The notes: a model not told the origin generated them from the letters alone. Shown: positions 1 through 9,218, counted from the stretch's first letter. The stretch is DNA of 64,000 nucleotides from an uncultured Bacteroidota bacterium (GCA_902520835.1 CABYPD010000001.1:226535-290534), one strand, 5' to 3'. Program-made: numbers and translations.

Positions 1-1343
1 TCGGTACTGAATTAGGTGTATGGTATACTAAAGATTTTTCTTCCGATAAACCATCATGGTTACAAGCAAATGCCGGTATGAGTGATGTTAGAGTTACAGA
101 CTTAGATTTAAGAAAAGGGGATGATTTTAAAGTATTTGCTGCAACATATGGATTGGGAATTTACTCATCATTTTTTGCCTCTGATGAGCCATTGATCAAT
201 ATAAATACCGAAGTAAAATCAATAAAAATAAATCAAGGGGAAGAAGGTAGTTTTAATGTTAATTATAAAGTTTATGGAGGTTTTGATGAACAAACAACTT
301 TTTCAATTGAAGGTTTACCAACTGACACAAATATATCTTATGAACCATCTAATTCTTTAAAAATAAATTCTAATGGGTTTATTGAAATTACTTTAAAATT
401 AGACGACAAAACTGTTGCTAAATCATACCCGCTAACCATAAAAGCTAAAAGTGAAAATCTTACAAAAACAACATCCTTAGAGCTCATTGTGGTTTCAAAT
501 GATAATGATAATGATGGTGTTAAGAATGATGTAGACAAATGTCCTGATACGCCAAATACTGACCAAAAAGACTCAGACAATGATGGTATTGGTGATGTTT
601 GTGATACTACTCCTTTTGGACAAAATATATTCTCATTACTATTAAAAGATGAAACTTGCAGGAGTGCCAATGATGGATCGATGAGTCTAACTATATCAAT
701 CAGTGATCCTAAATTTACAGTTGCTGTTACTGGTGGACCATCCGGATTTAGTCATACACCAAAAACTATTGAAGGAACAACTTGGTCACTTAATAATTTA
801 CAAGCAGCAGATTATACTGTTTGCCTAACAACAGAAAACTTGGATAACTTTAAACAATGCTTTAATGTAGTTATTACTGAACCACAAGACCTGTCTGTTA
901 CTGCAACTGTTGACGACGATGATGATTATGTTAATTTTAAATTTGGTGGTAGTGATCAATATTACATAAATCTTAACAATGATATTTTAACTACTGACCA
1001 ATCAGACTATAGACTTAAGCTTAGAAAAGGTTTAAACTTTATAAAAGTCACAGGTGATAAAACTTGTCAAGGATCCTATGAAAAAACTGTCTTCAACTCA
1101 GAAGATATTGTTCTAAGTCCAAACCCAACTACAAGTAAATCAACTCTGTACGTCGGTGGTGAAGATAATGATGTTTCATTATCTATGTTTGATAATGCTG
1201 GTAGGTTACTATGGGTAAAAAATAAAAAAGTAAACAGCTCCAGATCATTAGATGTAATAGTAAGTAACCTAAAATCAGGAACTTATTATCTAAAAGTAGA
1301 ATCAAAAACAGTAAGAAAAACTGCAAAACTTATAAAGAAATAG
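1..1343 (+). CDS. 3' part (5'-truncated by window edge) of a large secreted BNR/sortilin-like protein with TSP3 repeats and a T9SS type-A C-terminal sorting domain; paralog of 1369..5688
   Basis: The frame of ORF 78..1343 stays open back to nt 3 (GTELGVWYTKDFSSDKPSWLQANAG), matching aa ~995-1020 of the downstream paralog. DNDNDGVKNDVDKCPDTPNTDQKDSDNDGIGDVCD is a thrombospondin type-3 Ca-binding repeat. The last ~80 aa (LSPNPT...GTYYLKVES...KLIKK) fit the Por/T9SS CTD pattern. Confidence 0.8.
   Translation, partial: GTELGVWYTKDFSSDKPSWLQANAGMSDVRVTDLDLRKGDDFKVFAATYGLGIYSSFFASDEPLININTEVKSIKINQGEEGSFNVNYKVYGGFDEQTTFSIEGLPTDTNISYEPSNSLKINSNGFIEITLKLDDKTVAKSYPLTIKAKSENLTKTTSLELIVVSNDNDNDGVKNDVDKCPDTPNTDQKDSDNDGIGDVCDTTPFGQNIFSLLLKDETCRSANDGSMSLTISISDPKFTVAVTGGPSGFSHTPKTIEGTTWSLNNLQAADYTVCLTTENLDNFKQCFNVVITEPQDLSVTATVDDDDDYVNFKFGGSDQYYINLNNDILTTDQSDYRLKLRKGLNFIKVTGDKTCQGSYEKTVFNSEDIVLSPNPTTSKSTLYVGGEDNDVSLSMFDNAGRLLWVKNKKVNSSRSLDVIVSNLKSGTYYLKVESKTVRKTAKLIKK
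499..1342 (+). repeat. Direct repeat copy A (844 bp), near-identical to 4844..5687
   Basis: Line-by-line comparison at offset 4345 found only one mismatch (987 T vs 5332 A). The stop codons differ (TAG vs TAA). Confidence 0.9.
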
Positions 1344-1368
1344 TTAAATTAAAGTAAAATTTATTTAG

Positions 1369-4300
1369 ATGAAAAAAAATAAACATGTTATACTATTTTT
1401 AATTTCAATTATAATCTTTGGTGGTTTATATTTTGAATCTAATTTTCATAAAAAATTTATACATAAAAAGAATTTAAAAAACAGTCCTTTTACTGAAACT
1501 AAAAAACTTAGTAGAGAAGAAAGAAAATCAGTAGGCCTTCCGCCAGATGCATACTACGAAAGAATGTGGGAACTTACAATGGATCCAATCTTGGGAAGAC
1601 CCAAAATAGAAAATATATTTAAAATATATGACGATCAAGAATTGATTAGAAGTGTTAAGACTGATGGAGTTCCTGGAGAGAGTGAAGAAATGAAATGGAT
1701 TAAAAGAGGGCCAACTAATGTTGGAGGAAGAACTAAAACTGCAATGTTTGACCCTAATGATAGTTCAAATAAAAAAGTTTTTGCTGGAGGTGTCAGTGGT
1801 GGATTATTTGTTAACGAAGATATTAGTGACGCAGACTCTGAATGGAAAATGATAGAAGGGATACCCAAAAACCTTGCTGTTTCTTCAATAACTTATGATC
1901 CCAATGATAAAAAGACTTTTTATGTAGGTACTGGAGAAATTTACACAAGAGGTGATGCCTTAGGAAATGGTTTATGGAAATCAAGTGATGGTGGAATAAC
2001 TTGGACTAATGTCCTTGTAGGTGGAAGATTTAACGACGAACCCGTTTTTTCAACTAACAAAAATACAATTGAAGTCGTTTCACCAAGCGGGACCAATCCA
2101 ATTGAGTTTAGACAGGCAGCTTTTGGTCCAAATTTAAACGACAAACCACTTAACAGGCTTGAAGGAAATTTAATTTTATCAAATCCCATAAATGCGTGTG
2201 ATGATTTATCCAGCTCAGATAATTTTACAAATAAAATAGTTTTAATTGAAGATAGTGGTTGTCCATACTTTGATAAAGTTACTAAAGCCCAAGCTGCTGG
2301 AGCCAAAGCCGTGATTGTTTTTGGGAAAAACAGTGGAGCTGCTGATTGGGAGGATGAATTAGTTTATATGGGCCCTGGTGATAATGATGTATCAACTATC
2401 AATATACCCTCAATTTTTGTAAAAGAAAGTGGTGGTACCACTTTAAAGGGGTTAATTAATTCTAATAGTGAAGTTTCAGTTAGATTATCTAAAAGAACAA
2501 AACTATATGTTGATAACAGACAGATCGTTCCTGGAATGTTTTTCGTTAATGATGTTGTTGTTAGAAAAGTTGGAGATCAATCTGAAGTATATGCTGCTGT
2601 TGGTTCAGCAAGATGGGACAGAACTGCAAGCACAGCTGGAGCAACCGTTTATACACTATTCGGGGGTGGCACAAATGACGGAATTTATAAATCTGTTGAT
2701 AAAGGAAATACTTGGGAAAAAATAGATATATATTATTCAGCTGATGAAGTAATGTCATTTAGTAATTATCCGGTCATTCCAATGGATCTTGAAATATCTA
2801 ATGATAACAAAGTCTTTGTTTCAACAACACACGATGCAGTAATGGGAATTAATTCAATTGGATCACTTGGTGGTGGTAGAATTTATATGTCGGATGATAA
2901 TGGAACTAAGTTTGATATCATCCATGAAATTAGATTTGACTACACAAATAGTGATGGTGAAACAAACGCATATTCTGCTGGTAGAACAGAAATCGAATTT
3001 ACTGCTGATAATCAATTAATTGCATTAGCAAGAACTGTTAATTCCGAAGCAAGATTTAGGCCCACTATAATCAAAGGATCTGTTAGTGACTACATTAATA
3101 ACCAAGTCACTACTGTTCCTCTACCACTTGATCAATCTGAAAATATTAATGCTGATGACTTTACAAGAGGACAAAGTAATTATAACTTAGTAATAGAAGC
3201 TAATCCAAAGAATAAAGATGATGTTTTTGTTGGCGGAATAAATCTTTTTAGATCAAATAATTTTTCAACCGCAGGGGATAGTAATCCGTGGCAACAATTT
3301 TCTCATAGAAGCGGCGATTTTGGATTAAAATATACTCATGCTGATCAGCACGGAACTGTTATTAATGAAAATGATACTGATAAAATAATATTTACAAATG
3401 ATGGAGGGATAGCATATTCGAATGATAATGGTGCATCAATGGCTCACAGAAATAAAAATTATCAAACCACTCAATTTTACACTGTTGCTGTTGCACCTTC
3501 AGAAATGTTTAAAAATTATAAAACTAAAGTTAGAGGATGGGATCCAGACACTAGCAACAGAGACTATATTGTTACAATCGAAAATTCAGCGGATGTGTAT
3601 GCAGGAGGAACCCAAGATAATGGAACCTTGTTAATGTCTAATAGCGGCTCTGCTAGTGGAGCTGTAGATATTGGAAGTGGTGATGGTGCTGCTACTATTT
3701 TTTCAACAAATCCAAACAACAAATATGTAGTTTATAATTACGTATATAATAATGCTGTTCGTGTTCTTAACATGAATAATCCAACGGGATTTAGTAATGT
3801 TGATGGAGAAACATCAGTGTGGTGGAGAATTAGCAGTAATAGTGATAATCAGGGAGAATTTATTAATACTCAAGCATTAGATTCAAACCAAGGAATTATT
3901 TATTCAAATGCTGGATTGGGAAGCATTATTGCCTATTATGGTTGGGATGATTTCGACACAAGTGAACAGGGTACTGTAGCTGATAAGTATACAATATTTG
4001 GTTTAAGTGGTGAAATCACTTCGATGAGCGTATCACCATACACTACATCATCCACAACATTACTTGCAGGAAATGATGCCGGAGATGTTTACATTGTTAG
4101 AAATGCTGATAATTCTACATCACAAAATATTACTAAAATAAACTCTACTGATTTTTTTGGAAGTGTTTCTGATATTGAGTATGGAAGTAGTGAAAATGAA
4201 ATATTTGTTACAATGTATAATTATGGCGTTGAAAGTATATTTTATACAAATGATGGTGGTACTAACTGGTCAAAAAAAGAAGGTAATCTTCCTGATATGC

Positions 4301-5688
4301 CGATATATTGTATTTTACAAAATCCCTTAAACGCTGAAGAAGTAATCATCGGTACTGACCTAGGTGTTTGGTATACTAAAGATTTTTCTTCCGATAAACC
4401 ATCATGGTTACAAGCTAATGCAGGAATGAAAGATGTTAGAGTTACTGATATGGATTTAAGAAAAGAGGATAATACTGTATTTATATCTACATACGGCTTA
4501 GGGATTTTTTCTGGAGTCTTTAATAATGATGATCCAAGTTTCAATATAGAGTCTCAAGAAGAAGAAATTGAAATATTTAGAGGTGAATCAAAATCATTTG
4601 AAGTAAAATATAATGTTGTTAATGATTTTAATGAAAATATTGCTTTTTCCATTGAAGGCTTACCATCTACAGTTACATATGAGATTACTCCATCATCTTC
4701 ATTTGTAGTAAATTCATCTGGATCTATAAATATAAAACTCAACACAACAACACAAACTGAAGTTAAATCTTATCCACTTACTATTAAAGCTGAGTCCAGC
4801 TCTTTAACTAAATCAGATTCAATAACTCTTATTATAAAATCTGATGATAATGATAATGATGGTGTTAAGAATGATGTAGACAAATGTCCTGATACGCCAA
4901 ATACTGACCAAAAAGACTCAGACAATGATGGTATTGGTGATGTTTGTGATACTACTCCTTTTGGACAAAATATATTCTCATTACTATTAAAAGATGAAAC
5001 TTGCAGGAGTGCCAATGATGGATCGATGAGTCTAACTATATCAATCAGTGATCCTAAATTTACAGTTGCTGTTACTGGTGGACCATCCGGATTTAGTCAT
5101 ACACCAAAAACTATTGAAGGAACAACTTGGTCACTTAATAATTTACAAGCAGCAGATTATACTGTTTGCCTAACAACAGAAAACTTGGATAACTTTAAAC
5201 AATGCTTTAATGTAGTTATTACTGAACCACAAGACCTGTCTGTTACTGCAACTGTTGACGACGATGATGATTATGTTAATTTTAAATTTGGTGGTAGTGA
5301 TCAATATTACATAAATCTTAACAATGATATTATAACTACTGACCAATCAGACTATAGACTTAAGCTTAGAAAAGGTTTAAACTTTATAAAAGTCACAGGT
5401 GATAAAACTTGTCAAGGATCCTATGAAAAAACTGTCTTCAACTCAGAAGATATTGTTCTAAGTCCAAACCCAACTACAAGTAAATCAACTCTGTACGTCG
5501 GTGGTGAAGATAATGATGTTTCATTATCTATGTTTGATAATGCTGGTAGGTTACTATGGGTAAAAAATAAAAAAGTAAACAGCTCCAGATCATTAGATGT
5601 AATAGTAAGTAACCTAAAATCAGGAACTTATTATCTAAAAGTAGAATCAAAAACAGTAAGAAAAACTGCAAAACTTATAAAGAAATAA
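1369..5688 (+). CDS. 1439-aa T9SS-secreted multidomain protein: N-terminal anchor/signal, BNR/Asp-box (sortilin/VPS10-like) propeller region with inserted PA domain, Ig-like stalk, TSP3 repeats, SprB-like Cys repeat, T9SS CTD
   Basis: Asp-box motifs SSDGGITWTN, SVDKGNTWEK, SDDNGTKF, TNDGGTNWSK. PA-domain signature IVLIEDSGCPYFDKVTKAQAAGAKAVIVF. TSP3 repeats DNDNDGVKNDVDKCPDTPNTDQKDSDNDGIGDVCD. C-terminal sorting domain identical to that of 1..1343. Confidence 0.85.
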   Translation: MKKNKHVILFLISIIIFGGLYFESNFHKKFIHKKNLKNSPFTETKKLSREERKSVGLPPDAYYERMWELTMDPILGRPKIENIFKIYDDQELIRSVKTDGVPGESEEMKWIKRGPTNVGGRTKTAMFDPNDSSNKKVFAGGVSGGLFVNEDISDADSEWKMIEGIPKNLAVSSITYDPNDKKTFYVGTGEIYTRGDALGNGLWKSSDGGITWTNVLVGGRFNDEPVFSTNKNTIEVVSPSGTNPIEFRQAAFGPNLNDKPLNRLEGNLILSNPINACDDLSSSDNFTNKIVLIEDSGCPYFDKVTKAQAAGAKAVIVFGKNSGAADWEDELVYMGPGDNDVSTINIPSIFVKESGGTTLKGLINSNSEVSVRLSKRTKLYVDNRQIVPGMFFVNDVVVRKVGDQSEVYAAVGSARWDRTASTAGATVYTLFGGGTNDGIYKSVDKGNTWEKIDIYYSADEVMSFSNYPVIPMDLEISNDNKVFVSTTHDAVMGINSIGSLGGGRIYMSDDNGTKFDIIHEIRFDYTNSDGETNAYSAGRTEIEFTADNQLIALARTVNSEARFRPTIIKGSVSDYINNQVTTVPLPLDQSENINADDFTRGQSNYNLVIEANPKNKDDVFVGGINLFRSNNFSTAGDSNPWQQFSHRSGDFGLKYTHADQHGTVINENDTDKIIFTNDGGIAYSNDNGASMAHRNKNYQTTQFYTVAVAPSEMFKNYKTKVRGWDPDTSNRDYIVTIENSADVYAGGTQDNGTLLMSNSGSASGAVDIGSGDGAATIFSTNPNNKYVVYNYVYNNAVRVLNMNNPTGFSNVDGETSVWWRISSNSDNQGEFINTQALDSNQGIIYSNAGLGSIIAYYGWDDFDTSEQGTVADKYTIFGLSGEITSMSVSPYTTSSTTLLAGNDAGDVYIVRNADNSTSQNITKINSTDFFGSVSDIEYGSSENEIFVTMYNYGVESIFYTNDGGTNWSKKEGNLPDMPIYCILQNPLNAEEVIIGTDLGVWYTKDFSSDKPSWLQANAGMKDVRVTDMDLRKEDNTVFISTYGLGIFSGVFNNDDPSFNIESQEEEIEIFRGESKSFEVKYNVVNDFNENIAFSIEGLPSTVTYEITPSSSFVVNSSGSINIKLNTTTQTEVKSYPLTIKAESSSLTKSDSITLIIKSDDNDNDGVKNDVDKCPDTPNTDQKDSDNDGIGDVCDTTPFGQNIFSLLLKDETCRSANDGSMSLTISISDPKFTVAVTGGPSGFSHTPKTIEGTTWSLNNLQAADYTVCLTTENLDNFKQCFNVVITEPQDLSVTATVDDDDDYVNFKFGGSDQYYINLNNDIITTDQSDYRLKLRKGLNFIKVTGDKTCQGSYEKTVFNSEDIVLSPNPTTSKSTLYVGGEDNDVSLSMFDNAGRLLWVKNKKVNSSRSLDVIVSNLKSGTYYLKVESKTVRKTAKLIKK
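4844..5687 (+). repeat. Direct repeat copy B (844 bp), near-identical to 499..1342
   Basis: Same comparison as copy A. Both copies are in frame inside tandem paralogs. Confidence 0.9.
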
Positions 5689-5693
5689 ATTTT

Positions 5694-6383
5694 ATGAAAA
5701 AATTATTAATCTTACCAATTTTTATATTATTAATATCATGTAGCTCAGAAAGCCGTGAAGGAGGAGATATCCCACCTCCACCTCCACCCCCTGAACCTCC
5801 AAAACTAACTACATTGATTGCACCAGCAAATCAAACTGAATGTCTAGATGGTGAAGATGTTGAGTTTTCATGGAATGCATCGGATAACACAGATAGCTAT
5901 ACAGTTATTGTTAAAAATTTACTAACAAATACTGAGAGTTCTAATTTGACCACAACTTCAACTAAAGCTACTATTAAACTTGAGGTTGGTCAACCTTATT
6001 CATGGTATGTAATTTCGTCAAATAGTGATAGTACTCAAACAGCGACAAGTGCAACATGGAAATTTTATTTAAAAGGAGAACAAACATCTAATTATGCTCC
6101 TTTTCCTGCTGATATTGTTTCACCGAAGTCTGAATCGACTGTAAGTAAAGGAGTAGTTAAATTAGAGTGGTCAGGTTCTGATGCTAATGCAAGTGATAAT
6201 TTGACTTATGATATTTATTTAGGGAAATCAAATCCGCCGACAGCAAGTATAAAATCTAATCACACTTCATCTTCATTAAATCATACTATTTCTGAAAGTG
6301 GAACTTACTATTGGAAGATTATCACAAAAGATAATCAAGGAAGTAATTCTGATTCGGGTGTATCAATGTTTAAAGTGGAATGA
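5694..6383 (+). CDS. Lipoprotein with Pro-rich linker and two fibronectin-III-like modules
   Basis: Lipobox MKKLLILPIFILLISCSS and linker PPPPPPPEPP. Two ~85-aa halves with similar beta-sandwich patterns (VEFSWNASDN...YSWYV and VKLEWSGSD...YYWKI). Starts 5 nt after the upstream stop. Confidence 0.6.
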   Translation: MKKLLILPIFILLISCSSESREGGDIPPPPPPPEPPKLTTLIAPANQTECLDGEDVEFSWNASDNTDSYTVIVKNLLTNTESSNLTTTSTKATIKLEVGQPYSWYVISSNSDSTQTATSATWKFYLKGEQTSNYAPFPADIVSPKSESTVSKGVVKLEWSGSDANASDNLTYDIYLGKSNPPTASIKSNHTSSSLNHTISESGTYYWKIITKDNQGSNSDSGVSMFKVE

Positions 6384-7411
6384 TAAAAATTATCTAAAAG
6401 ATTCAGAAATTTTTCAATTTCATCAAAAGAGTTATAACTAGCTAAGCTTATTCTACATCCTTTTCCACGTCTAGATGTTTTTATATTACGTTCAGACAAA
6501 TATTTGTGTAATTTCCCATCATTATCTACTATGTTAAAAATTGAAGAATGTTCGGATCTTTTTTTGTGAACTATTCCTAATAAGTTTCTTTTTTTTAAAC
6601 CTAAAGTCATTTTTTTAGATAATGATTTTATTTTGTTGGAAATTAAATCGATTTCTTTTTCCATTACAGATAATGACATATTTAAACTTCCAAAAGAAAA
6701 TAAATCCAAATGGCCAGATTCAATAATTTTATGTATTCTTAATCGACTTTTATTTACAAACTTATTTTTGTAAAAATCTTTTTTAAATAACATTATTGCA
6801 TTTCCATATCCAGAAAACAACCATTTATATCCACTAGAAATAACAATGTCAAAACCTGAATCCTTTAAACTGAATTTTTCAGATCCTAAGTACTGAGTTC
6901 CATCACCAATTATTATTAAATCACTGAATTGTTGTTTTAATTTTTTAATGAAATCCAAATTCAATTTTAGCCCATCTATATATTGAACAATGGATACAAC
7001 TAAAACGTTTGGCTTATGTTTTATGACACCCCGTAAAATTAGGTTCTCAATATTTTCCGTATATCCTAATTCAACTAACTTAAAATTGAAATTTTTAATT
7101 GATTTACTAATTGATGGATAGTCCCTTTTTATACACAAAAACTTTGCTTTTTTATCGATATTACTAAGTAATTTATTAAAACCACTTGTAAAACTATTTG
7201 AAAATAAAACATCATCATTTTGTGCATTAAAGAATGACTTAACACGAGACTTTAATTTATTAAAAAATATTTCGTGACCATCTCTAACACTACTTTTATT
7301 ATTAAAAAGATTGCTTTCATATGAAAGCCTCCAATTATAGAGTTCCTCATAAATTGGTCCCATTTTGGCATTATCAAAATAGATCTCGTTTTTTTGTTTT
7401 ATAAATCTCAT
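6335..7411 (-). CDS. Class V (cysteine desulfurase/SufS-like fold) PLP-dependent aminotransferase family protein
   Basis: Length ~358 aa. SSGYKWLFSGYGNAIM resembles the class V PLP-lysine motif S-x-H-K-x-x-x-x-x-G-x-G. The 3' end overlaps the convergent gene by 49 nt. Confidence 0.55.
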   Translation of the reverse strand: MRFIKQKNEIYFDNAKMGPIYEELYNWRLSYESNLFNNKSSVRDGHEIFFNKLKSRVKSFFNAQNDDVLFSNSFTSGFNKLLSNIDKKAKFLCIKRDYPSISKSIKNFNFKLVELGYTENIENLILRGVIKHKPNVLVVSIVQYIDGLKLNLDFIKKLKQQFSDLIIIGDGTQYLGSEKFSLKDSGFDIVISSGYKWLFSGYGNAIMLFKKDFYKNKFVNKSRLRIHKIIESGHLDLFSFGSLNMSLSVMEKEIDLISNKIKSLSKKMTLGLKKRNLLGIVHKKRSEHSSIFNIVDNDGKLHKYLSERNIKTSRRGKGCRISLASYNSFDEIEKFLNLLDNFYHSTLNIDTPESELLP

Positions 7412-7443
7412 TTAATAATATATTGTTTTAATTTAGCATCACA

Positions 7444-8331
7444 ATGGATAAAAGTAGTTCCAAAATTGATCAAGAACAAATAGAATTTCTTGAAAATGCA
7501 CAAAAAAGAATTCGTCAAAAAAAATTACTGTACTATCATTTTATAATTTTTTTATTTTTTTCTTCTTTTTTATTTGTCCTGAACTTTCTTTTAAAGATTG
7601 GGAATGAATTAATATTTTTAAAATACTCCTGGTCTGTATGGATTTTTCTTGTTTGGTGTTTTTTAATTTTATTTCACGCTTTTGATGTTTATGTAACTAA
7701 TAGATTTTTAGGAAAAAAATGGCAAAAAAAGCAAACTAGATTATTGATGGAATTACAAATAAACAAAATTTTAGAACTTAAAAAAGAACATTATAGTGAA
7801 GCAGAAGTAATTTCTAAATCTGAAACATTTTATAGTAAATCAAATTTAATAACAATAATCGCTGCAGCAGATGAAAATAATGTTATTGGTAAAGAAAATA
7901 AGCTTATTTGGCATTTAAGCGATGATTTAAAACACTTTAAAAACCTAACAAAAGATCATCATGTTATAATGGGAAGAAAAACATTTGAGTCTATGCCCAA
8001 GGCTCTTCCAAATCGAACTAATATTGTTATTACTCGAAATTCTGATTATGTTGCTGATAATATAACTGTAGTTTCATCTCTAAATGAAGCTCTTGAAAAA
8101 TCAAAAAACGATAAACAGCCTTTCATAATTGGAGGAGGAGAGATCTATAAATTAGCAATGCAAATTGCTGATAGAATTGAATTGACAAGAGTTCATCATG
8201 AATTTGATGGAGATACATATTTTCCTCAAATTGATCCTGAAAAATGGATTGAAGTTAAAAGAGATCAAAGAAAAAAAGATTTAAAACATAATTACGACTT
8301 TACTTTTATTAGATATGATAAAAAACAATAG
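7444..8331 (+). CDS. folA: Fusion protein: N-terminal 2TM membrane domain + C-terminal dihydrofolate reductase
   Basis: aa ~136-295 align by eye with E. coli DHFR along the whole length (IIAAADENNVIGKENKLIWHLSDDLKHFKNLT..VIMGRKTFESM...IIGGGEIY...FDGDTYFP). aa 20-100 carry two hydrophobic helices flanked by basic residues and FLGKKWQKKQ, as in 2TM-domain proteins. Confidence 0.8.
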   Translation: MDKSSSKIDQEQIEFLENAQKRIRQKKLLYYHFIIFLFFSSFLFVLNFLLKIGNELIFLKYSWSVWIFLVWCFLILFHAFDVYVTNRFLGKKWQKKQTRLLMELQINKILELKKEHYSEAEVISKSETFYSKSNLITIIAAADENNVIGKENKLIWHLSDDLKHFKNLTKDHHVIMGRKTFESMPKALPNRTNIVITRNSDYVADNITVVSSLNEALEKSKNDKQPFIIGGGEIYKLAMQIADRIELTRVHHEFDGDTYFPQIDPEKWIEVKRDQRKKDLKHNYDFTFIRYDKKQ

Positions 8332-8336
8332 ATAAA

Positions 8337-9218
8337 ATGAGTGCATTTGTATTTCCCGGACAAGGATCTCAATTCTCAGGAATGGGTCATGAGTTATATA
8401 AGTCAAATAAAAAAGTAAAACTTTTGTTTGATCAAAGTGATGAAGTTTTAGGATTTTCATTATCAAAAATTATGTTTAGAGGTAGTGATGATGAATTAAA
8501 GCAAACTAAGGTAACTCAACCAGCTATTTTTTTACATTCAATTGCAGAGTTAACAATTCTTAGGGAAACCCAATCACCTGCAGCAGTTGCTGGTCACTCA
8601 CTTGGAGAGTTTTCAGCATTAGTTGCCAACAACACAATTTCATTTGAAGATGGTCTTAAATTAGTTTTTCTGAGAGCAAAAGCTATGCAAAAATCTTGTG
8701 AAAATACTAATGGGACAATGGCAGCAATTCTAGGATTAGATGATGAAAAAATTAAAGAAATATGTGCCAATTATGAAGGAAATGTAATTGCCGCAAACTT
8801 TAATTGTCCAGGACAGGTTGTTATTTCAGGTGAAATTAATGCTGTAAAAGATATTTGTGAAAAATTTAATTCACTTGGTGCAAGAAGAAGCATAATTCTA
8901 CCTGTTGGCGGGGCATTTCATTCATCATTGATGAATGATGCAAAGTCTGAACTTAAAGAAGCAATTGATAGTACTAATTTTAGTGAACCCTCATGTCCAA
9001 TCTATCAAAATTTTAATGCTAATAAGACCGTAGTAATTAGTAAAATAAAAAATAATTTAATCAACCAGCTAACAAACCCTGTACTTTGGACACAAACTGT
9101 AAATAATATGATAAATGATGGTATAAATGATTTTATTGAGGTTGGTCCAGGAAAAGTTTTACAAGGTCTAATCAGGAAAATTAATAGGGACTGCTCTACT
9201 AAATCAGCTTTGGCTTAA
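8337..9218 (+). CDS. fabD: Malonyl-CoA:ACP transacylase
   Basis: FVFPGQGSQFSGMG and the active-site motif GHSLGEFSAL. Length 293 aa. Confidence 0.92.
   Translation: MSAFVFPGQGSQFSGMGHELYKSNKKVKLLFDQSDEVLGFSLSKIMFRGSDDELKQTKVTQPAIFLHSIAELTILRETQSPAAVAGHSLGEFSALVANNTISFEDGLKLVFLRAKAMQKSCENTNGTMAAILGLDDEKIKEICANYEGNVIAANFNCPGQVVISGEINAVKDICEKFNSLGARRSIILPVGGAFHSSLMNDAKSELKEAIDSTNFSEPSCPIYQNFNANKTVVISKIKNNLINQLTNPVLWTQTVNNMINDGINDFIEVGPGKVLQGLIRKINRDCSTKSALA

Noticed and set aside
499-1342. Possibility that the 844-bp repeat is an insertion sequence or other mobile element
   Set aside because: Both copies are in frame within homologous tandem genes and encode recognisable protein modules (TSP3 repeats, T9SS CTD). 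There are no terminal inverted repeats, transposase or target-site duplications.
338-5015. Short antisense or out-of-frame ORFs inside the two giant genes (338..670, 1635..1868, 1941..2306, 2468..2725, 2561..2758, 3422..3634, 4242..4544, 4554..4745, 4770..5015)
   Set aside because: All lie wholly inside long, motif-rich coding frames. Their translations are low-complexity with no recognisable motifs. Two (338..670 and 4770..5015) merely mirror the 844-bp repeat.
5772-5801. Proline-codon run (PPPPPPPEPP) as a possible simple-sequence contingency repeat
   Set aside because: The codons are mixed (cca cct cca cct cca ccc cct), not a homopolymeric or perfect tandem tract. It is better explained as a lipoprotein linker.
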